Assembly (NCBI GenBank): GCA_963695095.1
Contig: CAVOFT010000001.1
Span: 1,792,001-1,856,000, forward strand
Length of the DNA: 64,000 bases
Source: an uncultured bacterium
GTDB lineage: Bacteria > Krumholzibacteriota > Krumholzibacteriia > JACNKJ01
Reading direction: 5' to 3'
Made by a program: the position numbers and the translations under genes. Below, piece by piece: positions 1 to 9,538 of the stretch. How positions within the stretch are numbered: the stretch's first letter is position 1; each line of letters opens with the position of its first letter. The notes beneath the pieces are model-generated. The model made no database searches. It saw only the letters and a program-made list of their open reading frames with translations, and was not told the DNA's origin.

Positions 1-1
1 G

Positions 2-169
2 CTGAGCCAGAGCCTGTTCGGTAATCTCTTCCTGTTCTGGATGAGCCGCGCCCCCGACGCTCGCCCGGGCGAGTCGGGCTTCCAGCCCAGCCTGGCCTTG
101 GCGCTGGGACTGATTCTCGTGCTCTCCTACACCTCCGCCATTCGCTACCTGGTCCGTCTCCATTCCTGA
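2..169 (+). CDS. 3' end of a membrane protein, truncated by the window start
   Basis: Open frame LSQSLFGNLFLFW...LALALGLILVLSYTSAIRYLVRLHS* ending at TGA 167-169; two hydrophobic stretches. Confidence 0.6.
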   Translation: MSQSLFGNLFLFWMSRAPDARPGESGFQPSLALALGLILVLSYTSAIRYLVRLHS

Positions 170-179
170 GCCCATCGCC

Positions 180-195
180 TGGAACGAGAGTTGCA
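180..195 (+). promoter_or_regulatory. Putative sigma54 (-24/-12) promoter of the histidine kinase gene
   Basis: TGGAAC-GAGAG-TTGCA versus consensus TGGCAC-N5-TTGCW, correct GG/GC spacing, intergenic. Confidence 0.55.
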
Positions 196-304
196 TTACG
201 CTGTGGGCCGAGGCCCACAGGGGCATGTCGGACTATCTGCTTTGATCGCTATCGATTGAACCTGATCGCTGAGGCCTGGCATGAGCAGGCCGGGAGGCGC
301 TGCC

Positions 305-1573
305 ATGGAGCAGTTGAGGGAGATCGCGCCGTCGGCCCTGCCCGAAGCGCGGAGGGATCTCGGGCGCCTGCTCGCCTGTCGGGACGCCGAGGCCCTGGCG
401 GCGGCCCTCGCTGCCGAGTTCCTGAGCCGCTTCCCGGAAGCACAGGGCCTCCTGGCCGTCTGTCCGGCCGAGACGCGGGATTGGGTGGTCTGGTCCCTGC
501 CCGAGCTCACGCAAGAGCTCTGGCCGGCCAGCCACCCCGTCGTCGAGGAGCTGCGGGAGGAAACCGAGGGCAAGCTGCTCGCCCTCGAGGGCCTGAGCCC
601 CGGGGGGGAGCTGCTGGGTCTGGCCCTGCGCGACGGTCGCCGGGCCCTCCTGGGCGCTCTGGCCTTCGTGCTGCCGGGCTCTCTGCGCCGAGAAGCGAGC
701 GAACGCCGCGCGCGCGAGGACTGGCTGGCCGAGATCGGGCCCATCGCGGCGCTGCTGCTGGAGCGGCGGGCCCAGGCCGAGCGCCTCGAGGCCCTCGAGC
801 AGGAGGTGGATGAGCTCGAATCGCTCAAGGCAGGCTTCGTCGACACGGTGACGCACGAGCTGCGCACGCCCCTGACCAGCATCCTCGGCTTCTCCTCGCT
901 GGCCCTGGATCAGCCGGGGCTCGTGCCGCACGCGCCGCTGTCGGAGTTTCTCCGCTCCATTCATGACTCGGCGCTGCAGCTCGATCGCCTGATCAGCGAA
1001 GTGCTCGTCATGAGCGAGATGGCCTCGGCCGAGGGCGTGCTCGAGCTGGAGGATCGCAGCCTCGGCTCCCTGTTTGCGGAGTACCGGGAGGGCTGGCTGG
1101 GCCGACTGGCCGGCAACGAGCGCGTGCGCTTTCCCGAGGACCCCGTCCAGTGCAGCATCCGCGTGGACCCCTATCAGTTCCACCGCATCCTGGGCCACCT
1201 GCTCAAGAACGCGCTTGCCTTCTCGCCGCCGGAGAGCGCCGTGGACCTGCGTTGCAGCTTCGTCGCCGGCCGCCGGCGCAGCGACTCCACGGATTTCCTG
1301 CGCATCGACGTGGAAGACCACGGGCCGGGCATTCCGGTGGTCGAGCAGGAGCGCATCTTCCGCAAGTTCTACCAGGTGGATCGCTCGAGCACGCGTGAAC
1401 ACGGCGGCGCCGGGCTCGGCCTCAGCGTGGCCAAGGAGTTCACGGAAGCGATGGGCGGCCGCCTCTGGCTGCGCAGCGAGGCGGGGCGCGGCTCCACCTT
1501 CTCCTTCACGGTGCCGGTGCCGCGCGATACCGGCCTGGCACCGCGCCGCCCGCCGGCGGGCTCAAAGCAATAG
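305..1573 (+). CDS. Cytoplasmic sensor histidine kinase (HisKA + HATPase_c)
   Basis: H-box THELRTPLTSI, N-box HLLKNA, G1 DHGPGI, F-box IFRKFYQ, G2 GAGLGL; GGGAGG before ATG 305 (alternative start 281). Confidence 0.92.
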   Translation: MEQLREIAPSALPEARRDLGRLLACRDAEALAAALAAEFLSRFPEAQGLLAVCPAETRDWVVWSLPELTQELWPASHPVVEELREETEGKLLALEGLSPGGELLGLALRDGRRALLGALAFVLPGSLRREASERRAREDWLAEIGPIAALLLERRAQAERLEALEQEVDELESLKAGFVDTVTHELRTPLTSILGFSSLALDQPGLVPHAPLSEFLRSIHDSALQLDRLISEVLVMSEMASAEGVLELEDRSLGSLFAEYREGWLGRLAGNERVRFPEDPVQCSIRVDPYQFHRILGHLLKNALAFSPPESAVDLRCSFVAGRRRSDSTDFLRIDVEDHGPGIPVVEQERIFRKFYQVDRSSTREHGGAGLGLSVAKEFTEAMGGRLWLRSEAGRGSTFSFTVPVPRDTGLAPRRPPAGSKQ

Positions 1574-2740
1574 CTCCGGTGTCGCCTGCAGCTCGCCGCT
1601 GACGAGCAGGCGGCCCTGCCAGTGCAGCGCATTGACCTCCGTGCGCAGGCCCCACTCCGGCGTGTAGATGCCGGGCTCCACGGAGAAGGCGACCCCCTCG
1701 ATGAGCCGCCGCTCCTCCTGCGTCTCCAGATCGTCGAGATTCGCACCCGGGCCGTGGTCCTCGCGGCCGATGCTGTGGCCGAGCCTGTGCACGAAGGCCT
1801 CGCCGTAGCCGGCGGCGGTCAAGCGCGCGCGGGCCAGGGCGTCCACCTCGCGGCCCATCGGTGCGTCCCCGGTAGCGAAGCGCTCCGCGAGGAAGGCGAG
1901 GGCCGCATCGCGCGCTTCGCGCAGGGCGTGCCAGGCGCGCTCGAGGTCCGCCGGCAGCTCGTCGCCGGCGAAGGCCATCCAGGTGAAATCGGCATAGACG
2001 GCCTCGGCAGCGCCGAGCCGCGCCCAGTAGTCCAGGAGCACGACCTGCCCCCGCGCCAGTCGCCGGGGCCGGGCGGGATCGGGGCTGTAGTGGGGGTTGC
2101 CGCTGTCCGCCGCGAAGGCCACGATGGGCGGCGCGTTGGTCTCCAGCCCCTGGGTCCGCATGGCCGCCAGCATCCAGGCCTGGAGCTCGCAATCGGTCAT
2201 CGGTGCGCCGGCAGCCAGCGCTCGGCGCAGGCGATCCAGAGCCTCGCGGCGGATGGCCTCCAGGCGCGTGGCCGCCTCGCGGTGGCTGGCGAGGGCGGCC
2301 GGGCTCCAGGGCGCCTCCAGGCGCTGGACGAGGTCGGCCGAGCTGACGATCACCAGCCCCAGCTCGCGCAGCCACTCGAGCGTGCCGCCGTCGACATGGG
2401 ACACCGTCGGCAGCGCGCCGCGCGGGGAGTACTCCATGGCGATGCGGGGCCCGCGGGGCAAGCGCTCACGGAGCAGGGCCTCCAGCTCGCGCCAGCCCTT
2501 GAAGCGCAGCTGCGCGCCGGGCAGCTGGGAGAAGTGGTGGGCCTCGACGCTGGACTGCAGGCGCAGGGGCTCGCCGGTGGCGGGGATCCAGTAGAAGAAG
2601 CGGCGCGTGAGCAGGGCGTCGGGGGGCACGGCCAGCAGCTCGCGGGCCACCGGATTGGAGCCGCGGAAGTCGTAGAGCAGCCAGCCGGCCAGCCCTTCGG
2701 CGGCGAGGGCCGCCTGCACGGTCGCCAGGGAGTGCTTCAT
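1562..2740 (-). CDS. M24 family metallopeptidase (Xaa-Pro aminopeptidase-like)
   Basis: Metal ligand motifs LLD...YADFT, HRLGHSIG, EPGIY, GLRTE; start MKHSL overlaps the upstream stop. Confidence 0.9.
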   Translation of the reverse strand: MKHSLATVQAALAAEGLAGWLLYDFRGSNPVARELLAVPPDALLTRRFFYWIPATGEPLRLQSSVEAHHFSQLPGAQLRFKGWRELEALLRERLPRGPRIAMEYSPRGALPTVSHVDGGTLEWLRELGLVIVSSADLVQRLEAPWSPAALASHREAATRLEAIRREALDRLRRALAAGAPMTDCELQAWMLAAMRTQGLETNAPPIVAFAADSGNPHYSPDPARPRRLARGQVVLLDYWARLGAAEAVYADFTWMAFAGDELPADLERAWHALREARDAALAFLAERFATGDAPMGREVDALARARLTAAGYGEAFVHRLGHSIGREDHGPGANLDDLETQEERRLIEGVAFSVEPGIYTPEWGLRTEVNALHWQGRLLVSGELQATPELLL

Positions 2741-3432
2741 CGTCCACCTTTCTCGAAGCTGATCTCGTAGGGCACCCAGCAGGCGACCGGGCGGCCGTCC
2801 AGGGTGCCGGGTGCGAAGCGCAATTCGCGGATGATGCGCTCGGCCTCGCCCCGACAGGGAGCGCAATCGAAACCACTCTCGTCGAGCAGTTCCCAGGTCG
2901 AGACGCGGCCGTCGGCCTCCACCCGCAGGCGATAGCGCAGACGGCCGCTGGACTCGAGCTCGGCCAGGAGTTCGCGGCGCGGCCAGGCCGCGTAGAGGAT
3001 GCGCGGCGAGTCGCGTCCCGGCGCGCTGGCCGCGCTGCCCGGGGCGGCGCCCGCTGCCGGAGGGGAATCCGCCGTGCCCGCGGCCGGGGCGGCTGCAGGT
3101 GGGCGCTCGGGGGCCTGCTCGCCGGAGGCGGCCGGCGGTGGTGCGGGTTCGGCAGCAGCGAGCGTTGGCTCCGCGTCGGCGGTTGGCGCCGCTGGCGCCG
3201 CCGCTGCTGCGCCGCCGGCGCGGGGATCCGCCGGATCCCAGACCACCTCCACCTGCCCCCAGTCGATGCCCGCCTCGCGCTTGCTCCAGTCCGCGCGGAA
3301 GAGGGCGCCGCCGAGGCGGGGCAGCAGCTCGAAGAGCAGCCAGGTGCCGACGACCAGGCCCAGCGCTGCGAAGACCAGCCAGCGCCGCGCGCGGGGTCCC
3401 TGTCGATGCGGTTGGATTGCTTGCGGGGTCAT
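2737..3432 (-). CDS. TonB-like protein (TM anchor, Pro/Ala linker, TonB C-terminal-like domain)
   Basis: N-terminal hydrophobic helix, low-complexity PA linker, C-terminal LRVEADGRV...RFAPGTLDGRPV...VPYEISF. Confidence 0.7.
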   Translation of the reverse strand: MTPQAIQPHRQGPRARRWLVFAALGLVVGTWLLFELLPRLGGALFRADWSKREAGIDWGQVEVVWDPADPRAGGAAAAAPAAPTADAEPTLAAAEPAPPPAASGEQAPERPPAAAPAAGTADSPPAAGAAPGSAASAPGRDSPRILYAAWPRRELLAELESSGRLRYRLRVEADGRVSTWELLDESGFDCAPCRGEAERIIRELRFAPGTLDGRPVACWVPYEISFEKGGR

Positions 3433-3486
3433 CTCCCTGGGACTTATAAGGGGAGAGCCCGCCAACCGCAAGGCAAGGGAGAAGCC

Positions 3487-4974
3487 ATGGCCGCCACCGT
3501 CGCAGAGCTTGCCGCCTGTCTCGCAGAGGAGCCGGGCGCGCCGCTGCGCCTGGAGGGGCTGCGCCTGCGCCGGGGCGATGGGGGACCGCTGCTGGCCGAG
3601 TCCGTCCAGATCGCCGGCGGCCGCTTCGTCCCGGTGACGGGCGAGGCGCGCGGCCTCGATCTCGGGGGCTGGGTGCTCCTGCCCGGCCTCTGCGACGCGC
3701 ATCTGCACCTCTTCCACGAGGCGCGCCGCCGCCTGCGCGTGGATCTGTCGGGGATCGTCCGGCGAGCAGAGCTCTGGGAGCGGCTGGAGGCCGGCGCCCG
3801 GAACGAGGGCCCCTTGATCGGCGTCGGCTGGGACGAGAGCGCCTGGGACGAGCCCCGCTTCCCCAGCCAGGCCGAGCTGGATGATCGTTTCCCCGGGCGT
3901 CCGGTGGGGCTGATCCGCGTCTGCGGGCACCTGGCTGTCGCCAGCGGCGAGGCCTTGCGCCTCCTGGGCAAGGCGGCCCCAGCGGGTCTGCTCCTGGAGG
4001 CGGATGCGGTGGCCCTGGCCCGCCGCTTTCCCCTCGAGCGCAGGGCGCTGCTGGATGCCGCCGGCGAGGTGGCCCGCGCCTTCGCCCGTCACGGGCTGAC
4101 TGCGGTGACCGACATGGGGGCGGCCGAGCTGCCGGCCCTGGCGGCGGCCCTGCCGGCCGACTTCCCCCTGCGCCTCGAGTACTTCCACGCCGGCCCGCTG
4201 GCCGAACTGCCCGCGCCCAGCGCCGGGGCCGCCGGGCGCCCGCTGGGCCGCAAGTTCTTCCTCGACGGTTCGATCGGCGGCCGGACGGCCGCGGTGGCGG
4301 CGCCCTACGCCGAAGGTGGCCGGGGCAGCCTGCTCATCGCCGATGCCGACCTGCGCGCGCAGGTGGAAGCGGCCCTCGGCGCAGGCTGGAGCGTCGCGCT
4401 GCACGCCATCGGCGAGCGGGCGCTGGCCCAGGCCCTCGAGGTCCTCGCCGCCCTGCGGCCGCCGGCCGGCCGCGCGCGGCTCGAGCACGTGGAGATGCTC
4501 GCGCCCGGACAGGCCGAGCGCGCCGCGGCCCTGGGCGCCGCCGTCTGCATGCAGCCCAACTTCATGGACCGCTGGGGACGCCCGGGGGGCCTCTATGCGC
4601 GCGCCCTGGGCGAGGATTACCGGGCCCGCTTCGGCGGCCCCGCCGACTGGCGGCGGGCCGGGGTCTGTCTCGCCTACGGTACCGATGGCATGCCCGCCGC
4701 GCTCTGGCCGGCCTTGCGGGCCGCCGTGGACGCCGAGCTCTTCGGCGCGGCCCGCGACGAGCCCGCCGCCGCCCTGGCGGCCGTGACCGGCGATGCGGCC
4801 CGCGCCGCGGGTCGGGAGGGCGCCTGGGGGAGCGTCGTGCCCGGCTGTTCCGCGGACTTTTGCCTTGTGGAGCGGGATCCCTGTGCCGATTACTTCAAGG
4901 ACGATGTGGAGGCGGCGCTCACCGTGCGTGCGGGCCGTCCCACCTGGCTCGCCCCCCCGCCCCAAGGACGGTGA
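3487..4974 (+). CDS. Amidohydrolase family 3 (YtcJ-like) metal-dependent hydrolase
   Basis: PGLCDAHLH, KFFLDGSIGGRTAA, HAIGERA, RLEHVE, GTDG motifs. Confidence 0.9.
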   Translation: MAATVAELAACLAEEPGAPLRLEGLRLRRGDGGPLLAESVQIAGGRFVPVTGEARGLDLGGWVLLPGLCDAHLHLFHEARRRLRVDLSGIVRRAELWERLEAGARNEGPLIGVGWDESAWDEPRFPSQAELDDRFPGRPVGLIRVCGHLAVASGEALRLLGKAAPAGLLLEADAVALARRFPLERRALLDAAGEVARAFARHGLTAVTDMGAAELPALAAALPADFPLRLEYFHAGPLAELPAPSAGAAGRPLGRKFFLDGSIGGRTAAVAAPYAEGGRGSLLIADADLRAQVEAALGAGWSVALHAIGERALAQALEVLAALRPPAGRARLEHVEMLAPGQAERAAALGAAVCMQPNFMDRWGRPGGLYARALGEDYRARFGGPADWRRAGVCLAYGTDGMPAALWPALRAAVDAELFGAARDEPAAALAAVTGDAARAAGREGAWGSVVPGCSADFCLVERDPCADYFKDDVEAALTVRAGRPTWLAPPPQGR

Positions 4975-7691
4975 CCGTGATCTCCACTGCCGCCCAGCAC
5001 CTGCCGCGCCGGCGCCTCGCGCTCGGACTGCTGGTCCTGCTGCTTCTGGTCGCCGCCTGCGAGAAGGACAGCGAAGTTCTGGACATCGTTCCGCCCGGAG
5101 CGCCCATCGCGGCCCTGATCCGCGTCTCCGCGCCGGACGGCGGGGGTCTGCTCACCGTGACCGGCCAGGCGGGGGCGGTGGAGGCGGGCGCCACCGTGCG
5201 CGCGACCAACGTGACCGCCGCCGGGACGAGCGTCAGCGCGACGGCCGGTGGCAACGGCGCCTTCACCCTGCGCCTCGCCGGGAGCCTGCTCGACATCGTG
5301 CGCCTGCGCGCGCTGGACGCCGCCGGCAACCAGAGCAGCTTCACGGACATCGTCGCCGGTGCGCCCTTCACGCTCGCGGCGGTGAGCGGCGATGCGCAGA
5401 GCGGCGGCGTCGGGGAGACCCTGCCGGCGCCGCTCGTCTTTGCCCTCAGGGATGGCGAGGGCGAAGCGGTAGCGGGCGTCGGCATCGTCTTCGCGCTGGC
5501 GGCCGGCGCCGGCAGCTTCAGTCCCGCCACGGGCACGACGGCTGCGAGCGGCGAGGTCAGCACCCAGCTCACCCTGGGCACCGTTGCCGACACGCTGATC
5601 ATCCTGCCGCGCGGCGCCAGCCTGGCCATTGACGTGGTGGAGGCGATGGGCGCACGCGCCCTGCCGGGGCCGCCGGCGGCCCTGGCCTGGACAGCGGGCA
5701 GCGGCCAGAAGGACGCGCCCGGCCAGACCCTGCTGGCCACGCTGCTCGTGCAAGCGCAGGACGCCTACGGCAACGGCGTGGCGGGCGTGGCGATCGGCCT
5801 CGCCGCCAGCGGGGGCGGCAGCGCACTGCCCGCTGCGGGCGAGAGCGGCGCGGACGGCAAGCTGGGTTGCGCCTGGACCCTGGGCGCCGGCCTGGGCAGC
5901 CAGACCCTGACGGCCAGCGCCGCCGGCCTCCCCGATGCGGTGGCGACGGCCGAAGCCGATGACCCGCCCTCGATCAGCGCGGTCAATCCGATCACGCCCG
6001 TCGATCCCGGGGACCTGCTCGCCGTCGACGGCGACAACTTCTGCGCGACCCCCGCCTACAACGACCTGCGTCTCGATGCCCTGCCGCTCGCAGTGGTGGC
6101 CGCCAGCGAGACCCACCTGGGGGCCCGCGTGCCGGCGGGGACGCCGGCGGGCGTCTACACGCTGAGCCTGCGCGTCGGCCACCAGGAGGCCGCCGAGACC
6201 TTCCTCGTCGAGGTGGTCCAGCCCCTGGGCCTGGTCGAGGATCATCCCCTGGTCGCGGGCAGCGCGACGATCGAGCTGGCCCTCGCCGAGACGACCAGCC
6301 GCTACGCGCTCATTCCCTACAATCTCGACTACTGGCAGCCGGGCCAGCCCAACTACAGCTATGCTCAGGAGGGCTACGGCATCGGGGCAGCGGCCTTCGC
6401 GCGCAGCGCGCGCGAGGCGGCCGCCGATCCGGCGGGGGACTTCCACCGCCGCCTGCTCGCCTACCGCGGCGAGGGCGCCTACACGGGCGCGCGGGCCGAG
6501 CGCGGCGCGGCGCCGGACCTCGGCGATCAGGAGCCCTTCTTCTGCCTGAAAACGGCTTCCGGCTGGACGACGGACCCGGCTAGTTATGCCGCGATCACGG
6601 CCACGCTGCGCTACATCGGCGCCCACACGCTGATCTACGTGGACAATGCGACGCCGGCCGCCAACCTGCCCGCGGCGAACCTGAACGCGCTGGGCAACCG
6701 CTTCGACCAGACCGACTACGGCATCGATGTCGCCGCCTTCGGCCAGCCCAGCGACGAGGACGAGAATGGCAAGGTGATCATCCTGCTCAGCCCGGTCGTC
6801 AACGCGATGACGACCTGGAACGACGGCTCCTACATCGGCGGCTTCTTCAATTCCATCGACCTGGACATCTGGTACAACATCAACGGCACGAGCAACCATG
6901 GCGAGTTCTTCTACGCCATCGTGCCCGATCCGAGCGGCCAGTTCAGCCCGGTCGCCCATCCGATCGCCGACACGATCAGCTCCCTGCAGAGCATCTTCGC
7001 GCACGAGTTCCAGCACATGATCAACACCGGCCAGCGCTACATCATCCAGGGCGACCTGAACAGCCCCGGCGAGGAGCTCTGGCTGAACGAAGGGCTCAGT
7101 CACCTGGGCGAGAATCTCTGCGGTTACGATGCCCAGAACACCGCGCGCGTGAAGCTCTATCTTCAAGGTGGAGTCCATGCGGCGACCAGTCTGATCCAGG
7201 GCCCGGCCACTCTCGCCGAGCGCGGGGCGGCCTACCTCTTCTGTCGCTACCTGGCCGATCGCTGGCCGGGCGTCGCCTTCACGCGCAGCCTGATCGGCGG
7301 CCCCGCGGCCGGCCCGGCCAACGTGGCCCAGGCGACGGGCGCGAGCTTCAACCAGCTGTTCAAGGACTGGACGGCGGCGATCTACCTGGACGACCGCGAT
7401 CTGGACGGCGACGGGCAGCCCGACGATCTGGGCGCGGCCTACCGCTTCACGAGCCACAACATCCGCACGGACTTTCCCTACCCGGGCGGCCCGGCCGAAG
7501 CGCTCAGCGTGCCCACGCTCTACGCCCACGCGCCGAGCTGGTCGGATGCCCTGGCTCCGAGCGCGATGGACTTCCTGCACGTGGCCGTCGGACCCGGTCA
7601 GCAGCCGCCTGCGGGCGGCATCCTGGCGCTGCGCGTCACGGGTTCGGCCAGCGGCGGCATGGGCGTGCTCAGCATCCGGGTGGCGCACTGA
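4971..7691 (+). CDS. Lipoprotein zinc metalloprotease with Ig-like/IPT domains (M30/hyicolysin-like)
   Basis: Lipobox LVAA-C after a hydrophobic stretch; Big-like SGDAQSG and DAYGNGV repeats; AHEFQHMIN...WLNEGLSH zinc motif; GTG start overlaps the upstream TGA. Confidence 0.8.
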   Translation: MTVISTAAQHLPRRRLALGLLVLLLLVAACEKDSEVLDIVPPGAPIAALIRVSAPDGGGLLTVTGQAGAVEAGATVRATNVTAAGTSVSATAGGNGAFTLRLAGSLLDIVRLRALDAAGNQSSFTDIVAGAPFTLAAVSGDAQSGGVGETLPAPLVFALRDGEGEAVAGVGIVFALAAGAGSFSPATGTTAASGEVSTQLTLGTVADTLIILPRGASLAIDVVEAMGARALPGPPAALAWTAGSGQKDAPGQTLLATLLVQAQDAYGNGVAGVAIGLAASGGGSALPAAGESGADGKLGCAWTLGAGLGSQTLTASAAGLPDAVATAEADDPPSISAVNPITPVDPGDLLAVDGDNFCATPAYNDLRLDALPLAVVAASETHLGARVPAGTPAGVYTLSLRVGHQEAAETFLVEVVQPLGLVEDHPLVAGSATIELALAETTSRYALIPYNLDYWQPGQPNYSYAQEGYGIGAAAFARSAREAAADPAGDFHRRLLAYRGEGAYTGARAERGAAPDLGDQEPFFCLKTASGWTTDPASYAAITATLRYIGAHTLIYVDNATPAANLPAANLNALGNRFDQTDYGIDVAAFGQPSDEDENGKVIILLSPVVNAMTTWNDGSYIGGFFNSIDLDIWYNINGTSNHGEFFYAIVPDPSGQFSPVAHPIADTISSLQSIFAHEFQHMINTGQRYIIQGDLNSPGEELWLNEGLSHLGENLCGYDAQNTARVKLYLQGGVHAATSLIQGPATLAERGAAYLFCRYLADRWPGVAFTRSLIGGPAAGPANVAQATGASFNQLFKDWTAAIYLDDRDLDGDGQPDDLGAAYRFTSHNIRTDFPYPGGPAEALSVPTLYAHAPSWSDALAPSAMDFLHVAVGPGQQPPAGGILALRVTGSASGGMGVLSIRVAH

Positions 7692-7718
7692 TCGCCGCGG
7701 GGCTACGGAGCTGCCAAG

Positions 7719-7750
7719 GAAAAGGCCCCCTCCCGGGGAGGGGGCCTTTC
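7719..7750. terminator. Bidirectional intrinsic terminator between convergent genes
   Basis: AAAGGCCCCCTCC...GGAGGGGGCCTTT inverted repeat flanked by A and T runs. Confidence 0.85.
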
Positions 7751-7793
7751 GTCATCGTCGAGTCGCCGTTGCCGCTGCTAGAGGCGAAGCCTT

Positions 7794-8441
7794 CTAGTAG
7801 AGCGCCCGGATCCGGCTCATGTTGCTGGATTCCGTGGCGACGGTCTCCGTCGTGAAGATCCGGCCGGCCCAGCGCGTGTGATAGCCGGGGGGCACCTGCA
7901 CGCTCGCATTGGCGCTGATCCCGTTGAAGATCTGCCACTCGAGCATGGCCAGGTCGCCCAGTTCGGCCAGCCGGCTGCCGCCCGTGAAGGTGCAGTAGCC
8001 GTTGATGGTCCCGACGTCGGTCAGCGTGTTGAACAGGATGACCGCCGAGGAGAGGGTTCCGGTCAGGGCCGCCGTGCCGTCGCTGCCGGTGGCGATACCC
8101 GTGGCCGGGCTCGCCCCGTAGTCCAGGTCGAAGTCGGCATCCTCGTAGATCCCGATCGTGCCGCCGGCGAACTGATAGTTCTCGAAGATGCTCACCTGCG
8201 AGTAGCTCGTCAGCACCATGTCGGTGATGACCCAGGTGACCTCGTAACCCACGTAGTCGAAGTCGAAGGGGGGATTCTCCGGCTGCAGGGGCTCGAAGAG
8301 CCCGACGCCGCCGGCCATGTCCCCGGGTGTCGTCCCCTCGAGGTAGCCGTAGCCCTGCTTCAGGAAGTTGTAGATCGTGTCAGCGGAGGCAGGGACCGCC
8401 ATCAGGAGGAGGAGAACCACCCCGATGATCGCTTTTCTCAT
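7794..8441 (-). CDS. Secreted hypothetical protein with conserved C-terminal tail (..VATESSNMSRIRALY)
   Basis: Signal peptide MRKAIIGVVLLLLMAVPASA; AAGGAG RBS; paralog of 8481-9143. Confidence 0.85.
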   Translation of the reverse strand: MRKAIIGVVLLLLMAVPASADTIYNFLKQGYGYLEGTTPGDMAGGVGLFEPLQPENPPFDFDYVGYEVTWVITDMVLTSYSQVSIFENYQFAGGTIGIYEDADFDLDYGASPATGIATGSDGTAALTGTLSSAVILFNTLTDVGTINGYCTFTGGSRLAELGDLAMLEWQIFNGISANASVQVPPGYHTRWAGRIFTTETVATESSNMSRIRALY

Positions 8442-8480
8442 GCTGTGTCTCCTTAGCTGTAGTGTCACGGCCTCTGCTCC

Positions 8481-9143
8481 CTAGTAGAGGGCCTTGATCT
8501 GGCTCAGGCTGGAGTTATCGACTGCAATGTACTCCACCCAGACTTCGCCGTCGAGGGAGAGCTCGTAGCCGGCGGGGATGCCCGGATTGTGGGGCGGAAT
8601 CAGCGAGCCGCCGAAGGTGTAGGCTTCCTCGGTGAAGTAGGCGATCGCGCTGCCGCCCGTGAGCGAGATGTGTCCTTCGAAGACGCCCATGCCCAGATCG
8701 CGCCAGATCGTCATCGCGAAATCGGTGAAGGGCCCGGTAAGCCACGCCGTGCCGTCAAAGAAGCTCGGCGGCGGGGTGGGGATGCTCGGATACTCGTTCC
8801 AGTCCGAGTTCATGGCGGCATCCTCGTAGATGGCGAAGCTGCCGAGATTGTAGACGATCGTCGATACACCGGAGTTGACGATCTCGCCGTTGGAGATCAG
8901 CCCCGTGACGACGAGCGTGTACTCGAAGTCGGCGGGGAAGTAGGGGAGCGCGCCAGGGGCATCGATGCTGGTGACGCGCGAAATGAGGTGGATTTCGTCG
9001 CCGGGATCCGAGAACTCGAAGCCACCCACCTCGTAGCCGTATCCCGAGAAGTGGATGATGATGTTGCCTTGGGCCAGCAGCGACGTTGCTCCCAAGGCGA
9101 GTACCGCGGCAGCGGCAAGAGCAATCATGAGCGATTTCTTCAA
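8481..9143 (-). CDS. Secreted hypothetical protein with conserved C-terminal tail (..IAVDNSSLSQIKALY)
   Basis: TTG start after GGGAGG; signal peptide KKSLMIALAAAAVLALGATSLLA; shares GYGY, IYED, DGTAxLTG and TGGS motifs with its neighbour. Confidence 0.85.
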   Translation of the reverse strand: MKKSLMIALAAAAVLALGATSLLAQGNIIIHFSGYGYEVGGFEFSDPGDEIHLISRVTSIDAPGALPYFPADFEYTLVVTGLISNGEIVNSGVSTIVYNLGSFAIYEDAAMNSDWNEYPSIPTPPPSFFDGTAWLTGPFTDFAMTIWRDLGMGVFEGHISLTGGSAIAYFTEEAYTFGGSLIPPHNPGIPAGYELSLDGEVWVEYIAVDNSSLSQIKALY

Positions 9144-9331
9144 CAGACGACCTCCCGAGTTGAGCTGCTCCGTGAGCCTAGGCGAGGCGAGGGGTAGCAC
9201 CAGTTGTCTCGCTCGGCTCGCTGTTATCCACAGGCCGCAGGTCCGAAGCCAGGGCCGCCACATTGACGGCCAGCATCCAGAGCCACGTGCTCGATGAAAC
9301 CCAGAGAAAGCTCGCGGTGCACGCAGGGACG

Positions 9332-9360
9332 ATTATACCCTTGCCGCCGGCGCTGTACAA
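9332..9360 (-). promoter_or_regulatory. sigma70-type promoter for the tandem secreted-protein genes
   Basis: Minus strand TTGTAC-N17-TATAAT. Confidence 0.65.
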
Positions 9361-9538
9361 CAGCATTTGCGGCCCTCCGCGGGTTCCAGGGCAAGATCCT
9401 TGCGTTTAGTTCGAATTGTCTCATTCTGGTGTCAACACTCGGCTTCCGGGCCGCCTTTCGACTTGACAGTGCGCGGAGACGGACCCTAGATGGTGAGCGG
9501 GCGCCTGCCGCCCTCTCCTGGTCGCCTGCGAGCGGGGA

